Shown in pieces: positions 21,263 through 33,533 of a stretch of DNA of 64,000 nt. The notes under the pieces were generated by a model, which was not told the origin of the DNA, made no database searches, and saw nothing but the letters and a program-made list of their open reading frames with translations. A program made the translations under genes and the position numbers. The number at the start of each line of letters is the position of its first letter. Position 1 is the first letter of the stretch. Source of the stretch: Polyangiales bacterium (GTDB taxonomy: Bacteria > Myxococcota_A > Polyangia > Polyangiales > JADJQN01); the NCBI GenBank assembly GCA_964202905.1, contig CAXNJO010000001.1, positions 224,001-288,000 on the forward strand, in the 5' to 3' direction.

Positions 21263-22378
21263 ATGACGGATCCGGCGCGTGCGTCCGCGGGGCTGCGCAA
21301 AGCGCGCATCGTCGCGTCACCCCGCTTCGACGGGGCGCGCTTCCACAACACGCGAAGCGTCGGGCCGGGGCTCAAGTCGGGCACCGGCCCCGCGCTTTTT
21401 CGTGACCTCGTCGGCAGCGGCCGGCGCACACCGCGCGGCGCGCTCCCGCTCGTGAGCCCGCTCGAATCGTGGCAGCGCCCGCCCGAGACGGGCCTCCGCG
21501 CGACGTGGCTCGGCCACTCGACGGTGCTGCTCGAGGTCGACGGCGGGCGCGTGCTCACCGATCCGGTGTGGGGCGAGCGCGTCTCGCCGCTGTCGTTCGC
21601 AGGGCCGCGCCGCTTCCACGCGGTGCCCGCGTCGATCGCGCAGCTCCCACCGCTCGACGCGGTGATCGTCTCGCACGACCACTACGATCACCTCGATCGC
21701 CCGACCATCGCCGCGCTCGTCGCGCGCGAGGTGCCCTTCATCACCTCGCTCGGCGTCGGCGCGCACCTCGAGGCGTGGGGCGTGCCGCCCGCGCGCATCG
21801 TCGAGCTCGATTGGTGGGAGCACGTCGATCTCCCGTGCGGCCTGCGCATCACCGCCGCGCCGTCGCAGCACTTCTCGGGGCGCGGACTCGGCGACCGCAA
21901 CGCCACGGCGTGGTCGTCCTTCCACGTGCGCGGCCCGCGCCACGCGTGCTTCTTCAGCGGCGACACGGGCCTCACCGACGAATACACCGAGATCCGCACG
22001 CGCCTCGGCACGCCCGATCTCGTCATGCTCGAGGTCGGCGCGTTTCACCCCGCCTGGGCCGACATCCACCTCGGCCCCGAGAACGCGCTCGCCGCGCTGC
22101 GCCTGCTCGGCGGCGGCGCCCGCACCGCGCTCCTGCCCGTGCACTGGGGCACCTTCAACCTCGCGCTCCACGCCTGGGACGAGCCGCCCGAAACGCTGCT
22201 GCGCCTCGCCCCCGCGCACCCCGTCCAGCTCGTGATGCCCCGCCTCGGTGCGCCCATCGAGCCCGCCCGCGCGGAGCACGTCGAGCCGTGGTGGCGCGGG
22301 GTCGAGGGCCGCGCGCCCGAGCCCCCCGCGCGTGACGAGCCCGACCCCGTTCTGCCGCTGCCACCGCCCATCGACTGA
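21263..22378 (+). CDS. Metallo-beta-lactamase-fold hydrolase (NAPE-PLD/RomA-like)
   Basis: TWLGHSTVLLE, LTDPVW, VSHDHYDHLD, PSQHFSGR, FFSGDTG and PVHWGTF. Confidence 0.9.
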   Translation: MTDPARASAGLRKARIVASPRFDGARFHNTRSVGPGLKSGTGPALFRDLVGSGRRTPRGALPLVSPLESWQRPPETGLRATWLGHSTVLLEVDGGRVLTDPVWGERVSPLSFAGPRRFHAVPASIAQLPPLDAVIVSHDHYDHLDRPTIAALVAREVPFITSLGVGAHLEAWGVPPARIVELDWWEHVDLPCGLRITAAPSQHFSGRGLGDRNATAWSSFHVRGPRHACFFSGDTGLTDEYTEIRTRLGTPDLVMLEVGAFHPAWADIHLGPENALAALRLLGGGARTALLPVHWGTFNLALHAWDEPPETLLRLAPAHPVQLVMPRLGAPIEPARAEHVEPWWRGVEGRAPEPPARDEPDPVLPLPPPID

Positions 22379-22387
22379 GCGCGCGTA

Positions 22388-22417
22388 GACAGCCAGCCGG
22401 CTGGCTGGCTGCCTGTC
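22388..22417. terminator. Hairpin between convergent genes; palindromic element copy 2
   Basis: CAGCCAGCC-ggct-GGCTGGCTG 9-bp stem; shares 18 bp with 10250-10267; no U-tract. Confidence 0.5.
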
Positions 22418-22446
22418 GCACGCTACGAAAGCCCCAAGTTCGTGGG

Positions 22447-23667
22447 CTATTCGAGCTCGAGCGTGGCCCACACCGGGTCGTGGTCGCTCTGGTCGAGGCC
22501 GCGCACGACGCCGCCCGCGATCACGCGGAAACCGCGCGCGAAGAGGTAGTCGAGCCGCAGGCCGCCGCGCGTGGGGTCGGTGTCGCCCGCGACCTTCACC
22601 GCGTCGGTGTAGCCCGCGCGCTCGGCGACGTAGAGCTCCGGCGCGGTGTCGTACCAGGTGTTGAAATCGCCCGCGATGATCGAGGGGCGCTCGCACGCGA
22701 GGCGCTGCGCCGCGTCGAGCGTCTGGCCGAGCTGCTCGGTGCGCAGCTCGCCGAGCGCGTCGTTGTTCTCGAAGTGCACCGAGAACACGCGCACGCTGGT
22801 GTCGCCCACGGGGATGTCGCCGTGCAGCGCGGTGCGCTGGCCGAGCCGCGGCTCGTCGCTCACGCCGAGCCAGTCGTAGCTGCCCGTGTGACAGAGCTGC
22901 GCGAGCCCGCTCAGCGGCCGCCGCGAGACGATCGCCTGCCCCGTGTCGCCGCCCACGTTGCGGTCGATCGAGAGCTCCACGAACTCGATGCCGTACGCGT
23001 AATCGGCCTCGAGCGCCTGCGCGAGCAGCCGCGCCGCGCGCCGCACGCCGTTGCGCCGCGAGCAGCGATCGACCTCGCCGAGCAGGTACACATCCGCGTC
23101 GCGCAGGTCGGGGTGTGTCGTGAGCGTCGTGATCTGCCCGTCGAGGTTGCGCGTGTACTCCACGTTCCAGGCCACCACCTTCAGCGTCCGAGGGAAGCTC
23201 GTCGGCCGCGTCGCCGGCGCGAACGAGCCCGCCTCGGCGACGGGGATCTCCACCGGGGCCATGCGCGTGTCGCCGGGCACGGGCACGTCCATGCCCGAGG
23301 TCGGGTCGCGCAGCGGCGCGCTCGGCACCGTCGGGCAGACCTGCGTGAGCGCGTCGACGTCGGGCCAGATGCCCGTGGTGCAGTCGTCGGGCACCGCGTC
23401 GGTCGGCAGCGGCGTGTTCGTCGGCGCGACCTCTCCCGTGCAGGCCCAGTCGTACTCGAAGACCTCGTCCGGCAGGATGCGCCCCGGCCCGCGCCGCGGT
23501 CGCCCGCCCTCCATCCCGCCATCGCTGATCCCCGCATCGAAGCCCGCATCCATCGGCGTCATCGGGGCGTCGTCGGCCGCGCAGCCGACGAGGGCGGCGA
23601 ATACGGCGAGCGCGGACCACGACGTGCGACGCTGCGAGCGATGGGGGGCGTGACACGGGGTCGTCAT
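22447..23667 (-). CDS. Endonuclease/exonuclease/phosphatase-family lipoprotein
   Basis: Lipobox LVGC; LKVVAWNVE, DVYLLGEVD, SVHFE, IIAGDFNT, LRLDYLF and SDHDPVW. Confidence 0.88.
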   Translation of the reverse strand: MTTPCHAPHRSQRRTSWSALAVFAALVGCAADDAPMTPMDAGFDAGISDGGMEGGRPRRGPGRILPDEVFEYDWACTGEVAPTNTPLPTDAVPDDCTTGIWPDVDALTQVCPTVPSAPLRDPTSGMDVPVPGDTRMAPVEIPVAEAGSFAPATRPTSFPRTLKVVAWNVEYTRNLDGQITTLTTHPDLRDADVYLLGEVDRCSRRNGVRRAARLLAQALEADYAYGIEFVELSIDRNVGGDTGQAIVSRRPLSGLAQLCHTGSYDWLGVSDEPRLGQRTALHGDIPVGDTSVRVFSVHFENNDALGELRTEQLGQTLDAAQRLACERPSIIAGDFNTWYDTAPELYVAERAGYTDAVKVAGDTDPTRGGLRLDYLFARGFRVIAGGVVRGLDQSDHDPVWATLELE

Positions 23668-23843
23668 GGGCGCGAACTACAAGCGTCACAGCGCGTCGCG
23701 TCAATGCGGTGCCTGTGACGAGTCCGACACGAACCCCTCGGGGACGCGCGCTTCCTCACGCGCGTCGGCGCTCGACGCGCCAGGAAGCCGACACCCCGCC
23801 GCTGGTCGCGCCGCAGGACTGACCCCAGTCTGCCGCGGCGCGA

Positions 23844-25362
23844 ATGTCCTCGAGCCGCCCGTTCGTCTCTGCCTCCGACGCGCTGTCTCACACCGCGTCC
23901 CGCGCCGGTTCGCGCACCCGGCGGCCCTGCGCGCCCCTGCACGCCGCCGCGCTGCTCGCCCTGCTCGCGCTCCCACGCGGCGCCGCCGCGCAGAATGTCC
24001 CACCTCCGCCCAACGACGCTGCGGCGCCCCTCGCTTCGCCCGCCGGCGACGCGCGCGTCGAGACGCGCCGCGGGACCACGAGCGAGGCATCGCCGTCACG
24101 CGCCCCGCTCCGCCCCCTCGCCGACTTCCTCGCCGCCGCGCGCACGCACGCCGTCGACAACCGCGAGGCTCGCGCGCTCGCCGCGCAGAGCGGCGCCCGG
24201 CATCGCCGCGCCATCGCCACGCTGCTGCCCTCGCTGAGCGCGAGCGCGGGTTACACGCGCAACCAGCTCGAGATCGCCGCGAGCTTCCCGGATGGCGCGG
24301 GCGGCACCGCGCAGGCCGTCATCACCGCGCAGGACCAGCTCGAGGCGACGCTCGGCGTCGAGGCCACGCTCTTCGACTACGGGGCGCTCCGCGCGCTCGG
24401 CGGCACCGCGGCGGGCGTCGACGCCGCCGACGCGGAGATCGAGGCCAGCGAGTCCCGCACCGATCGCGCGGTGATCGAAGCGTTCTTCCAGTACGCGGGC
24501 GGCGAGGCGCTCTGTGACGCAGCGCGTCAAGCGGAGTCTGCGAGCGCGCGCAATGCGGCGGTGGTCACCGCGCGGCGGGACGCCGGCCTCGCCTCGGAGC
24601 TCGACGTCGCGCGCGCGGAGGCTGCCATCGCCCGCGCCGCGCAGGCCCGCAGCGACGCCGAGCTCGCCGCCCGCCGCGCCGCGCGCGTGCTTGCGCACGC
24701 TGAGCGGGCTCGCCGTGACGGGCGCTGCGCCGCCGCTCGGCGACGCCCTCGACGAGGAAGGGCCACTCGCGCCATTCATCGCCGACGTCGATCGCCTGCC
24801 CGCGGTGCGCGCCGCCCGTGCGCAGCTGCGCAGCGCCGAGGCGAGCGCCGGCGCCGCGTGGGGCGCGCTGCTCCCGCGCGTCACGGCGAGCTTCCGCGAG
24901 CGCATCACCAACGCGCCGGGCTTCGGGCCGAACGCGCTCTGGAGCGCAGGGCTCGCCGCGTCGTGGCGCCTCGACGCGGGTGACGTCGCCGCGCTCCGCG
25001 AAGGGGCCGCGGCCGCCGAGGTCGCACGCATCCGCGCGGACCGCGCCGACGAGCTCGCGCGCGACGCGATCGAAGACGCCTGGCAGGTCGTGCACGCGCG
25101 CCTGGCGCAGGCCCGCGCCGCCCGCAGCGAGCGCGACACAGCGGCCCGCGCGGCCGAGGTCGCACGCACCCGCTACGCGGCCGGCACCGCGACCGCGCTC
25201 GAGGTCGTCGAGGCCGAGCGCGACGCCTTCGCCGCCGACGTGAGCCGCGTCCGCGCCGACACCGAGCTCGCCTACGCCCGCGCCGCGCTGCGCCTCGCCG
25301 CCGGGCAGGCGCCGCGCGTCGATGCCGCAACGAACGACACCGCGACGGGGAGCGCACCATGA
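23844..25362 (+). CDS. TolC-family outer membrane efflux protein (frameshift near 24690)
   Basis: Two OEP-like halves (LLPSLSASAGY...DAGLASELDVARAE and LLPRVTASF...RYAAGTATALEVVEAERD...LRLAAG) in two overlapping frames. Confidence 0.8.
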
Positions 25363-26515
25363 GCGCCCCGCGCCGCGCACCGCTGTCGCTGCGCCTCCGC
25401 GCGATGAGCCGCGTCGGGCTGCGCATGATGCTGCACGACAAGGCGAAGCTGCTCGGCACCGTGCTCGGCGTCGTCTTCGCCGTCGTGCTCGCGATCCAGC
25501 AGCTCTCGATCCTCTTCGGGCTCCTCGACAAGAACACGATGTTCGTCGACCACGCGCGCGCCGACGTCTGGATCGCGCCGCCCGGCACCGAGCTCTTCCA
25601 GCCCGGCGACACGCTCCCCGAGTCGGTGCTCGTGCGCGCGCGCACCACGCCCGGCGTCGCGCTCGCCGAGCCGCTCATCGCCGCGGGCGCCACGGTGCGT
25701 CGGCCCGAGGGCGGCAGCGAGGCCGTGACGCTCATCGGCACCGCGTTGCCCGCGCGCCTCGGCGGTCCGTGGAGCCTCGTCGCCGGCGACGTCCGCGCGC
25801 TCGACGCGCCCGACACCGTCTTCTTCGAGGACGCCGAGCGCGCCAAGTACGGCGGCATGGACCTCGGCACGGTGCGCGAGGTCAACGGGCGCCGCGTGCG
25901 CGCGGGCGGCTTCACCTGGGGCCTGCTGCCCTTCGGCCCGGCTTACGCCTTCGCGGAGCTCGGCCTCGCGCGGGAGCTCGCGCGCATCCCCACCGATCGG
26001 CAGAACTTCGTGCTCGTCACCGTGCGCCCGGGCGAGCTGGCCGAGGCCGTGCGCGATCGCCTCGCCGCGCGCATCCCCGAGGCGCGCGTGCTCACGCAGA
26101 CCGAGTTCTCCGGCGCGATCGTGGGCGCGCTGCTCCGCGAGCAGCTCGGCGTGAGCTTCGGGACGAGCACCGCCTTCGGCCTGATCATCGGCTTCATCAT
26201 CGTCGCGCTCTCGATGTTCTCGAGCGTCATCGACAACCTCCGCGAGTTCGGGACGCTCAAGGCGATCGGCTGCACCAACCTCGACCTCACCGGCCTGCTG
26301 CTCGTGCAATCGGTCGCGTACGCGGTGCTCGGCACCTTCGTCGGCCTCGGCCTCGTCTCGGGCATGACCGAGGGCATCCGCAGCCCGCAGCTCGTGCCGA
26401 TCGTGCCGATGCCGCTCTACGTTCTGACACCTCTCGTGATGGTGTCGATCTGCATCGCCGCCGCGGGCCTCGCGCTCCTCCGCATCCGCAAGCTCGAGCC
26501 GGGCATGGTGTTCCG

Positions 26516-26519
<4 letters not shown>
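25359..26519 (+). CDS. ABC exporter permease (MacB/FtsX/DevC-like)
   Basis: N-terminal TM, periplasmic domain (ADVWI), REFGTLKAIG motif, C-terminal TMs ending KLEPGMVFR. Confidence 0.88.
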
Positions 26520-27263
<744 letters not shown>

Positions 27264-27267
<4 letters not shown>

Positions 27268-28358
27268 AGCTCCCCCGACTCCGCCTCGGCTGGCTGCTCG
27301 TCGCCGCCGTCTTCGTCTTCCTCGGCACCAACCTCGTGCGCGCCGTGCTCGCCGACGAGCCCACGCGCCCGCGCCCCGCCGACGTCGCCCGCGCCGCGCG
27401 CAGCACCACGCAGCCCGGCGACGAGCGCCTCTCTGTGCCGGTCGGCGACTACGTCGGCGGCAACGGCGTCGTCGAGCCCCGCGACCGCGAGACGCGCGTC
27501 GCCGCCTCGCAGGGCGGCCGCATCGCGCGCGTGCTCGTCGAAGAGGGCCAGCGCGTCGCCGAGGGCGATCCGCTCGTCGCGCTCGACGCCGAGATCGAAG
27601 CGGCCGCGCTCGCCGTCGCCGAGGCCGAGCTCGCCGCCGCCGAGGCCGAGCTCGCGCTGCGCGTCCGCGGGAGCCGCGACGAAGACGTGCTCGCCGCGAC
27701 GGCCGAGGCCGAGGCCGGCTACGCGCGCGCCTCGCTGAGCCGCGGCGTCGCCGAGCGCCTGCAGACGGCAGCGCAGGGCGGCGGCGCGACGCGCGACGAG
27801 GTCGAGCGCGCCCGCGGTCAGGCCGACGCCGATCGCGCGACGGCCGCGCAGCTCGAGGCCCGCCGCCGCGCGAGCGTCTCGGGCAGCCGCCGCGAAGAGC
27901 TGGTCGCCGCCCGCGCGCGCCGCGACGCCGCCGCCGCGCGCCGCGATCAGGCCCGCGCGCAACGCGAGGTGCGCACCATCCGCGCGCCGATCGCGGGTGA
28001 AGTGCTCCAGGTGAAGGTGCGCGCCGGCGAGTACGCGCCGCCCGGCGGCGAGCCGCTCGTCGTGCTCGGCGACACCACGTCGCTCCGCGCGCGCATCGAC
28101 GTCGACGAGCGCGAGCTCGGCCGCGTGCGCGTCGGCGCCACCGCGCGCCTGCGCGTCTCGGCGTGGCCCGGCGTCGACTTCGCGGGGCGCGTCGTCGCGC
28201 TCGGCCGCCGCATGGGCCGCAAGAACGTCCGCACCGACGACCCCGTCGAGCGCAACGACACGAAGATCCTCGAGGTGCTCGTCGAGCTCGCACAGCCCCC
28301 CGCCGATCGCCCGCTCTTCGTCGGCCAGCGCGTGACCGCCTTCCTCGACGCGCGCTGA
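27264..28358 (+). CDS. HlyD/DevB-family periplasmic adaptor
   Basis: GRIARVLVEEGQRVAEGDPL and IRAPIAGEVL lipoyl halves around a coiled coil; VDERELGRVRVG. Confidence 0.88.
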
Positions 28359-28376
28359 CGGGCGACACATCGCGCG

Positions 28377-28775
28377 ATGTCCGCACGCCCCACGCTCACG
28401 ATCGGCGACCGCCACCTCTCCTCGTGGTCGCTGCGCCCCTGGCTCGCGCTGCGCGTCGCCACGCCCGACTTCGACACGCAGCTCATCCGCCTGCGCCGCG
28501 ACGACACCGCCGCGCGCATCCGCGCGATGTCGCCGGGCGGCAAGGTGCCCGTGCTCACGGACGGCGACGTCGTGGTGTGGGAGTCGCTCGCCATCCGCGA
28601 ATACCTCGCCGAGCGCTTCCCCGAAGCGCAGCGATGGCCCGAGGGTCACCACGCGCGCGCCCACGCCCGCGCCGCCGCGAGCGAGATGCACGCGGGCTTC
28701 GCGCCGCTGCGCCAGCACATGTCGACGCGCAGCAGGCCTCTCCCTGACCCCGCCGCGACACCGCAACATCCTTGA
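28377..28775 (+). pseudogene. Glutathione S-transferase, C-terminally truncated (132 aa)
   Basis: SSWSLRPWLAL, SPGGKVPVL, VWESLAIREYLAE and EMHAGFAPLR. Similarity ends there, and there is no room for the rest before the convergent amylase stop. Confidence 0.75.
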
Positions 28776-28800
28776 TGCGTCGTGACGCGCCCGCGAGCAC

Positions 28801-28818
28801 GGGATTCGCGAATCCCAT
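28801..28818. repeat. Palindrome GGGATTCGCGAATCCC(AT), copy 1 of a second small repeat
   Basis: Perfect 16-bp palindrome between convergent genes; near-identical inverted copy at 57834-57852. Confidence 0.55.
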
Positions 28819-28868
28819 GCGCCCGATGTCGTGATTCGGATTCCGCGTGTTGCCGTCGTCCTGGGGAG

Positions 28869-30968
28869 TCAGCGCGCGCGCAGCACGCGGAAGCCGCGCG
28901 GCCCGAGCGAGAGCGCGCCGCTGCTCACCGTGCCGCCCGAGACGAGGTCGTCGTACATCCCATCCGGGATCGTCACCGACTGCCCGCCGTCCGCGCGGTT
29001 GATCGCGACGACGACGCTCGCCGCGCCGCAGCCCGCCATCCGATACACCCACGTATCCTGCGTCGCCGAGAGCGTCTCGCGGCGGCCGCGCCCGAGCACG
29101 GCATTCTCTCCCCGGATGCGCGAGAGCGCCGTCACCGTCTCGCGCAGCGCGCGCTGCGGTGGGAGCAGCGTCGCGCCCTCGTCCTCCCACGGCATCATGC
29201 GGCGGTTGTCCGGGTCGCCGCCGCCCGCGAGCCCGATCTCGTCGCCGTAATAGATCAACGGCACACCCGGGTTCGTCATCATCACGACGAAGGCCAACGC
29301 GAGGCGCTCATAGGGCGCGGCGTCCGTCGGCTGGCGGAAGCTCCCCGCATCCCAGCCGTTGCCCGCGTTGCTCCCCGCGCGGCAATCCCCGATCTGCCGG
29401 CTCGCGAAGTGGATCGCGCGCGGGATGTCGTGATTGCCGATCCACGTGCTCATCAGCGCACCCGCGCCATAGCGCGCGTCGTTCTCGGCCATCCAGCCGG
29501 CGAAGGTGTCGAGCCGCCCGCCCGGCGTGAAGAGCGCTTCGCACGCCCGCGCCTTGAAGGGGAAATCGAACTGCCCATCGAGCATCGTATTCGGGTTCAC
29601 GAAGCGCCCGAGCGTGCCGTAGTCGTCGTAGGTGAACGTCTCGCCGACCATGTAGAAGCGGTCGCGCCCCGTGACGTCGAAGTCGCGCGTCATCCGCGCG
29701 CGCAGATCCATCAGCCACTCGAGCGGGATGTGCTTCACCGCGTCGAGCCGATAGCCGTCGAGGTCGTATTCGCGCGCCCACCACGCGGCGTCGTTCACGC
29801 TCCAGCCGCGCGCCGACGCGTTGTAGAAATCGAAGGACGGCAGATAGGTGGTGAACGCGCAGCGCGTGCCCCAATAGGCATCGTCCCAGACGTTCCCATC
29901 CGCGCAGGTGCGCACCGGGTCGATGAACCAGTCGCGATGCGCGGCGAACAAACCACTCTCGTTGTCGACGTGCTTCATCACGTAATCGAACATCACCTTC
30001 ATCCCATGGCCGTTGGCGCCCGTCGTCGCGTGGAGCGCGTCGACGAAGGCGTGCAGGTCCATCGCGTCGCCGAGGCGCGACTCGACCTGCGGCTCCGGCG
30101 TGGGATTGAGCGGGTCCGCGTAGCTGATGTTCGCGGGCTTCGGCCAATAGCCGTGATAGGCCGAATACGAGCGTGGGTCCGCGCCCGGATCGATGGCCGG
30201 CCCCGCCGAATCCCGCCCCTCGTAAGGCGCCGACAACCACACCGCCGTCACGCCGAGCTCCGCGAGATAGGGAATCTGCTCGGTCACGCCCGCGAGGTCG
30301 CCACCCTCGTATTGACCGCTCGGGCCGGTGCGCGCGTCGCCGTCGGTCGCGCCGAAGACGGGTGAATCGTTCGAGGGATCGCCGTTGCGGAAGCGGTCCA
30401 TCATCGCGAAATAAAGCACCGTGTCCCGCCAATCGAACTCCGTCGGAACACCGCAGCTCCCGCCGCACACATCGAGCAGGCTGTTGCGCCCACCGAAGCC
30501 GTCCGGCTCCGAGACGGGGTTGCGCGGATCGTCGATCCAGCGCGTCTCGTCGACGATGAACTTGTAGCGGCGCGTCCCGCTGAGCGCGATGCGCGTCGTC
30601 ACGGACCACACGCCCGCGCCGTCGTTCACGAGCGGAACCGCGCCCGTCGCCGGTGTCGCGGGCCACGGCCCGCCCGGCGTCACCGCGAGCCAGTCCCCCG
30701 TGACCCACACGCTGCGCGCCGCGCGGTCCTCGAAGGAGAACGTGACCGTGCTGCACGTGGACGGCGTGTCCCCGGCGTCGCCCGCACCGCCATCGCCGGG
30801 CCGCGGTCCCGCGTCGCTGCCGCCGCACGCGGGGCCCCCGTCCGTGCCGCACGCGATCCGGGAGGCGTCCCGCGGGACGAGCGGCCCGTCGCCGGGCGCA
30901 TCGCACGCGGCCGCGAACAGGGCGAGGACGAACACGGTGTCGAGCGGGCGCCGGAAACGGACGGACAT
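28869..30968 (-). CDS. GH13 alpha-amylase-family lipoprotein with N-terminal CBM48/AMPK-like glycogen-binding domain
   Basis: Lipobox [43 protein letters not shown] and YHGYW. Catalytic regions [15 protein letters not shown] and IGNHD. Confidence 0.92.
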   Translation of the reverse strand: MSVRFRRPLDTVFVLALFAAACDAPGDGPLVPRDASRIACGTDGGPACGGSDAGPRPGDGGAGDAGDTPSTCSTVTFSFEDRAARSVWVTGDWLAVTPGGPWPATPATGAVPLVNDGAGVWSVTTRIALSGTRRYKFIVDETRWIDDPRNPVSEPDGFGGRNSLLDVCGGSCGVPTEFDWRDTVLYFAMMDRFRNGDPSNDSPVFGATDGDARTGPSGQYEGGDLAGVTEQIPYLAELGVTAVWLSAPYEGRDSAGPAIDPGADPRSYSAYHGYWPKPANISYADPLNPTPEPQVESRLGDAMDLHAFVDALHATTGANGHGMKVMFDYVMKHVDNESGLFAAHRDWFIDPVRTCADGNVWDDAYWGTRCAFTTYLPSFDFYNASARGWSVNDAAWWAREYDLDGYRLDAVKHIPLEWLMDLRARMTRDFDVTGRDRFYMVGETFTYDDYGTLGRFVNPNTMLDGQFDFPFKARACEALFTPGGRLDTFAGWMAENDARYGAGALMSTWIGNHDIPRAIHFASRQIGDCRAGSNAGNGWDAGSFRQPTDAAPYERLALAFVVMMTNPGVPLIYYGDEIGLAGGGDPDNRRMMPWEDEGATLLPPQRALRETVTALSRIRGENAVLGRGRRETLSATQDTWVYRMAGCGAASVVVAINRADGGQSVTIPDGMYDDLVSGGTVSSGALSLGPRGFRVLRAR

Positions 30969-31168
30969 CCGGTGATGCTCGCGTCGCGGGGAGCCGAGCG
31001 CAAGCGCAGCGATGCGCCGCGGTCCGACGGCCGCCCCGCTGCGGCCGCACCGGCTGCGTGACGCGTGCGGTCCTCCGTTCGGGGACGACCTCGACCGAAC
31101 GCGCCGCGACAACCTTGCCGCAGCGGGCGGTCAGACCCTATGAACGGCGCTCGTCCGGAGGATGTCCC

Positions 31169-32783
31169 ATGCAGCACTCATCCGCTCATCACCTCGCGCG
31201 CGTCCCGGCCCCCGGCCCGTTCAGTCGTCTCGGCGCGTGGCTGCGCAGGCTCGGCGGCGCGTCGGAGCCGGCGCCCGAGGCACAGGCCACGCTCGACGCG
31301 TTCGGCCGCGCGCTCGCCGTCGTCGAGTTCGGCCTCGACGGGACGGTGCACCACGCGAACGCGAACTTCCTTCAGATCATGGGCTACGCCGCGCACGAGG
31401 TGGAGGGCCGCCACCACTCGATGTTCGTCGACGCCGGCCACGCGCGCTCCGCGGAATACCAGCGCTTCTGGGCCGACATGCAGAGCGGGCGCGCGGTCGT
31501 CGCCGAGGTGGAGCGGCAGGCCAAGGGCCGCCGGCGCGTGTGGATTCAGGCGAGTTACTGCCCCGTGCTCGGCGCGGATGGCCGCGTCACGAAGGTCGTC
31601 AAGATCGCGTCGGACGTCACCGCTCGCAAACTCCGCGCCGCCGACCAAGAAGCCCAGCTGGCCGCGCTCGGCAAGGCGCTCGCCGTGATCGAGTTCGCCC
31701 TCGACGGCACGATCCTCGAGGCGAACGACAACTTCCTGCGCACCATGGGCTACACGCTCGACGAGGTCCGCGGCCGCAAACACGCGATGTTCGTCGACCC
31801 GTCCTACGCGCGCAGCGCGGACTACCAGCGCTTCTGGAGCGACCTCGGCGCCGGCGAGTTCAAGACGGCCGAGTTCAAGCGCTATGGCAAGGCCGGGCGC
31901 GAGGTCTGGATCCAGGCCTCGTACAACCCCGTGCTCGACGCCGGCGGCGTTCCGACCAAGGTCGTGAAGTTCGCGACCGACATCACCGACGTCAAGCGCC
32001 GCACCGCCGCGGAGGTCTCGGCGCGCCTCGCCGAAGCCTCGGCCTCCCTCCTCGGCGCGGCCAACCAGGTCTCGGCGGGCGCGACGCAGACGGTCGCGCA
32101 GTCGACGGCCGTCGCGAGCGCGGCCGAGCAGATGCGCGGCAACGTCGCCGCCGTCGCGGTCGCTTCCGAGGAGCTCGCCTCCTCCATCCGCGAGATCGCG
32201 CGGAACTCCAGCGACTCCGCCCGCACTGCCCGCAACGCGCGCGACATCGCCAGCAGCGCGAACGTCACCGTCACCGCGCTCTCGGCGAGCGCCGCGGCGA
32301 TCGGCGACGTGACGCTCGCGATCAGCACCATCGCGCAACACACGAGCATCCTCGCCATGAACGCGAGCATCGAGGCCGCGCGCGCCGGCGACGCGGGCAA
32401 GGGCTTCGCCGTCGTCGCCAACGAGGTCAAGGAGCTCGCGCGGCAGACCGGCCGCGCGACGAGCGAGATCGCGCGACACATCGCGAACATCCAGTCGGAC
32501 ACGGCGAAATCCGTCGATTCCATCGGCTCGGTCGTGCAGGTGATCGAGCGCATCGACGGCTACGCCTCCTCGATCGCCGCCGCCGTCGAAGAGCAGGCCG
32601 CCACCGTGCGCGACATCGCGCGCAACGCGACCGAAGTCTCCGCGGCCGTCTCCAGCGTCGTCGACAACATCAACGGCGTCTCCGCCGCCGCCCGAGACGC
32701 CGCCCGCACCGCGAGCCGACACCCAGCGCGCCGCCGCCTCGCTCGACAGCCTCGCCGCCGACACCACCTCGCGCGCGGCCTGA
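31169..32783 (+). CDS. Soluble methyl-accepting chemotaxis protein with two PAS/PAC domains (frameshift near 32715)
   Basis: GGAGGA RBS. Two repeats of EF.LDGT...AN.NFL..MGY...EV.GR.H.MFVD...WIQASY.PV. Signalling tip [31 protein letters not shown]; no TM. The natural end [14 protein letters not shown] is in a shifted frame. Confidence 0.9.
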
Positions 32784-32911
32784 GCGCGCCCCACGCCCGG
32801 CGAGCGCCCATGTTCGTCACCGTCACGGTGCTCGAAGGCATCGACCGAGTGACCGGCGCGCGCTTCACGTGATTCCACAGCATCACGCACGCTGCATCAC
32901 ACAGGACCCCC

Positions 32912-33436
32912 TCAGTCGAACTCCGGTGGCCCCAACCAGACCGCCGTCCCCGTCGCCGCCACGAGCAGCATGTTCTTGTTCTGACCGCTGATCTGCGAAT
33001 GCGTGAGCCTGACGCCGATCACCCCGTCCGCGCCATGTTGACCGGCCTCCCTGCGCAATTCGTCGAGACATGTCTGCCGCGCAGCGCGCATGGCCCGTTG
33101 TGCAGCTTCACTCCGACCCCCTGCAACATCCGTGACGGCCATCTTGAGGTCGTCCCACCAGTTCAGGCCAAGCACACACTCTGCAGAGACGATGACACGC
33201 TCGGTCTCGATCTCACGATGCGCAAACCGGTCTGCCGTCGTGAGTACGACGAGCGCCGACGGAATCGCCTCAGCCGTCGGCGACACGAACGACGACACAT
33301 CGCTCCAGGTTGGCATCCCGCGATACCAGTATCTCGCCGATGGTTCGATGTCTCCGGCCCGCCAGAGCAGACTCAACTCATCTGCACTGAATGGCCCCTG
33401 AGCCACACCATCCACCGCGACATAGATCTTCTTCAC
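32912..33436 (-). CDS. GYF_2-like domain fused to YbjQ/UPF0145 heavy-metal-binding-family domain
   Basis: YVAVDGVAQGPFS..L..L...G.I.....W..GM..W at the N-terminus; DVAGGRS..ELRREAGQHGADGVIGV..VAATGTAV at the C-terminus. Visibly lower GC than neighbours. Confidence 0.8.
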   Translation of the reverse strand: MKKIYVAVDGVAQGPFSADELSLLWRAGDIEPSARYWYRGMPTWSDVSSFVSPTAEAIPSALVVLTTADRFAHREIETERVIVSAECVLGLNWWDDLKMAVTDVAGGRSEAAQRAMRAARQTCLDELRREAGQHGADGVIGVRLTHSQISGQNKNMLLVAATGTAVWLGPPEFD

Positions 33437-33533
33437 TCTTCAACTCCTTCTCTCCCAAGGTCGATTGTCCGTTTCCGCAGACAGCTACGACCCAGATTCG
33501 ACCAACATCCCCGCGAGGAATCACAGAAAAAAG

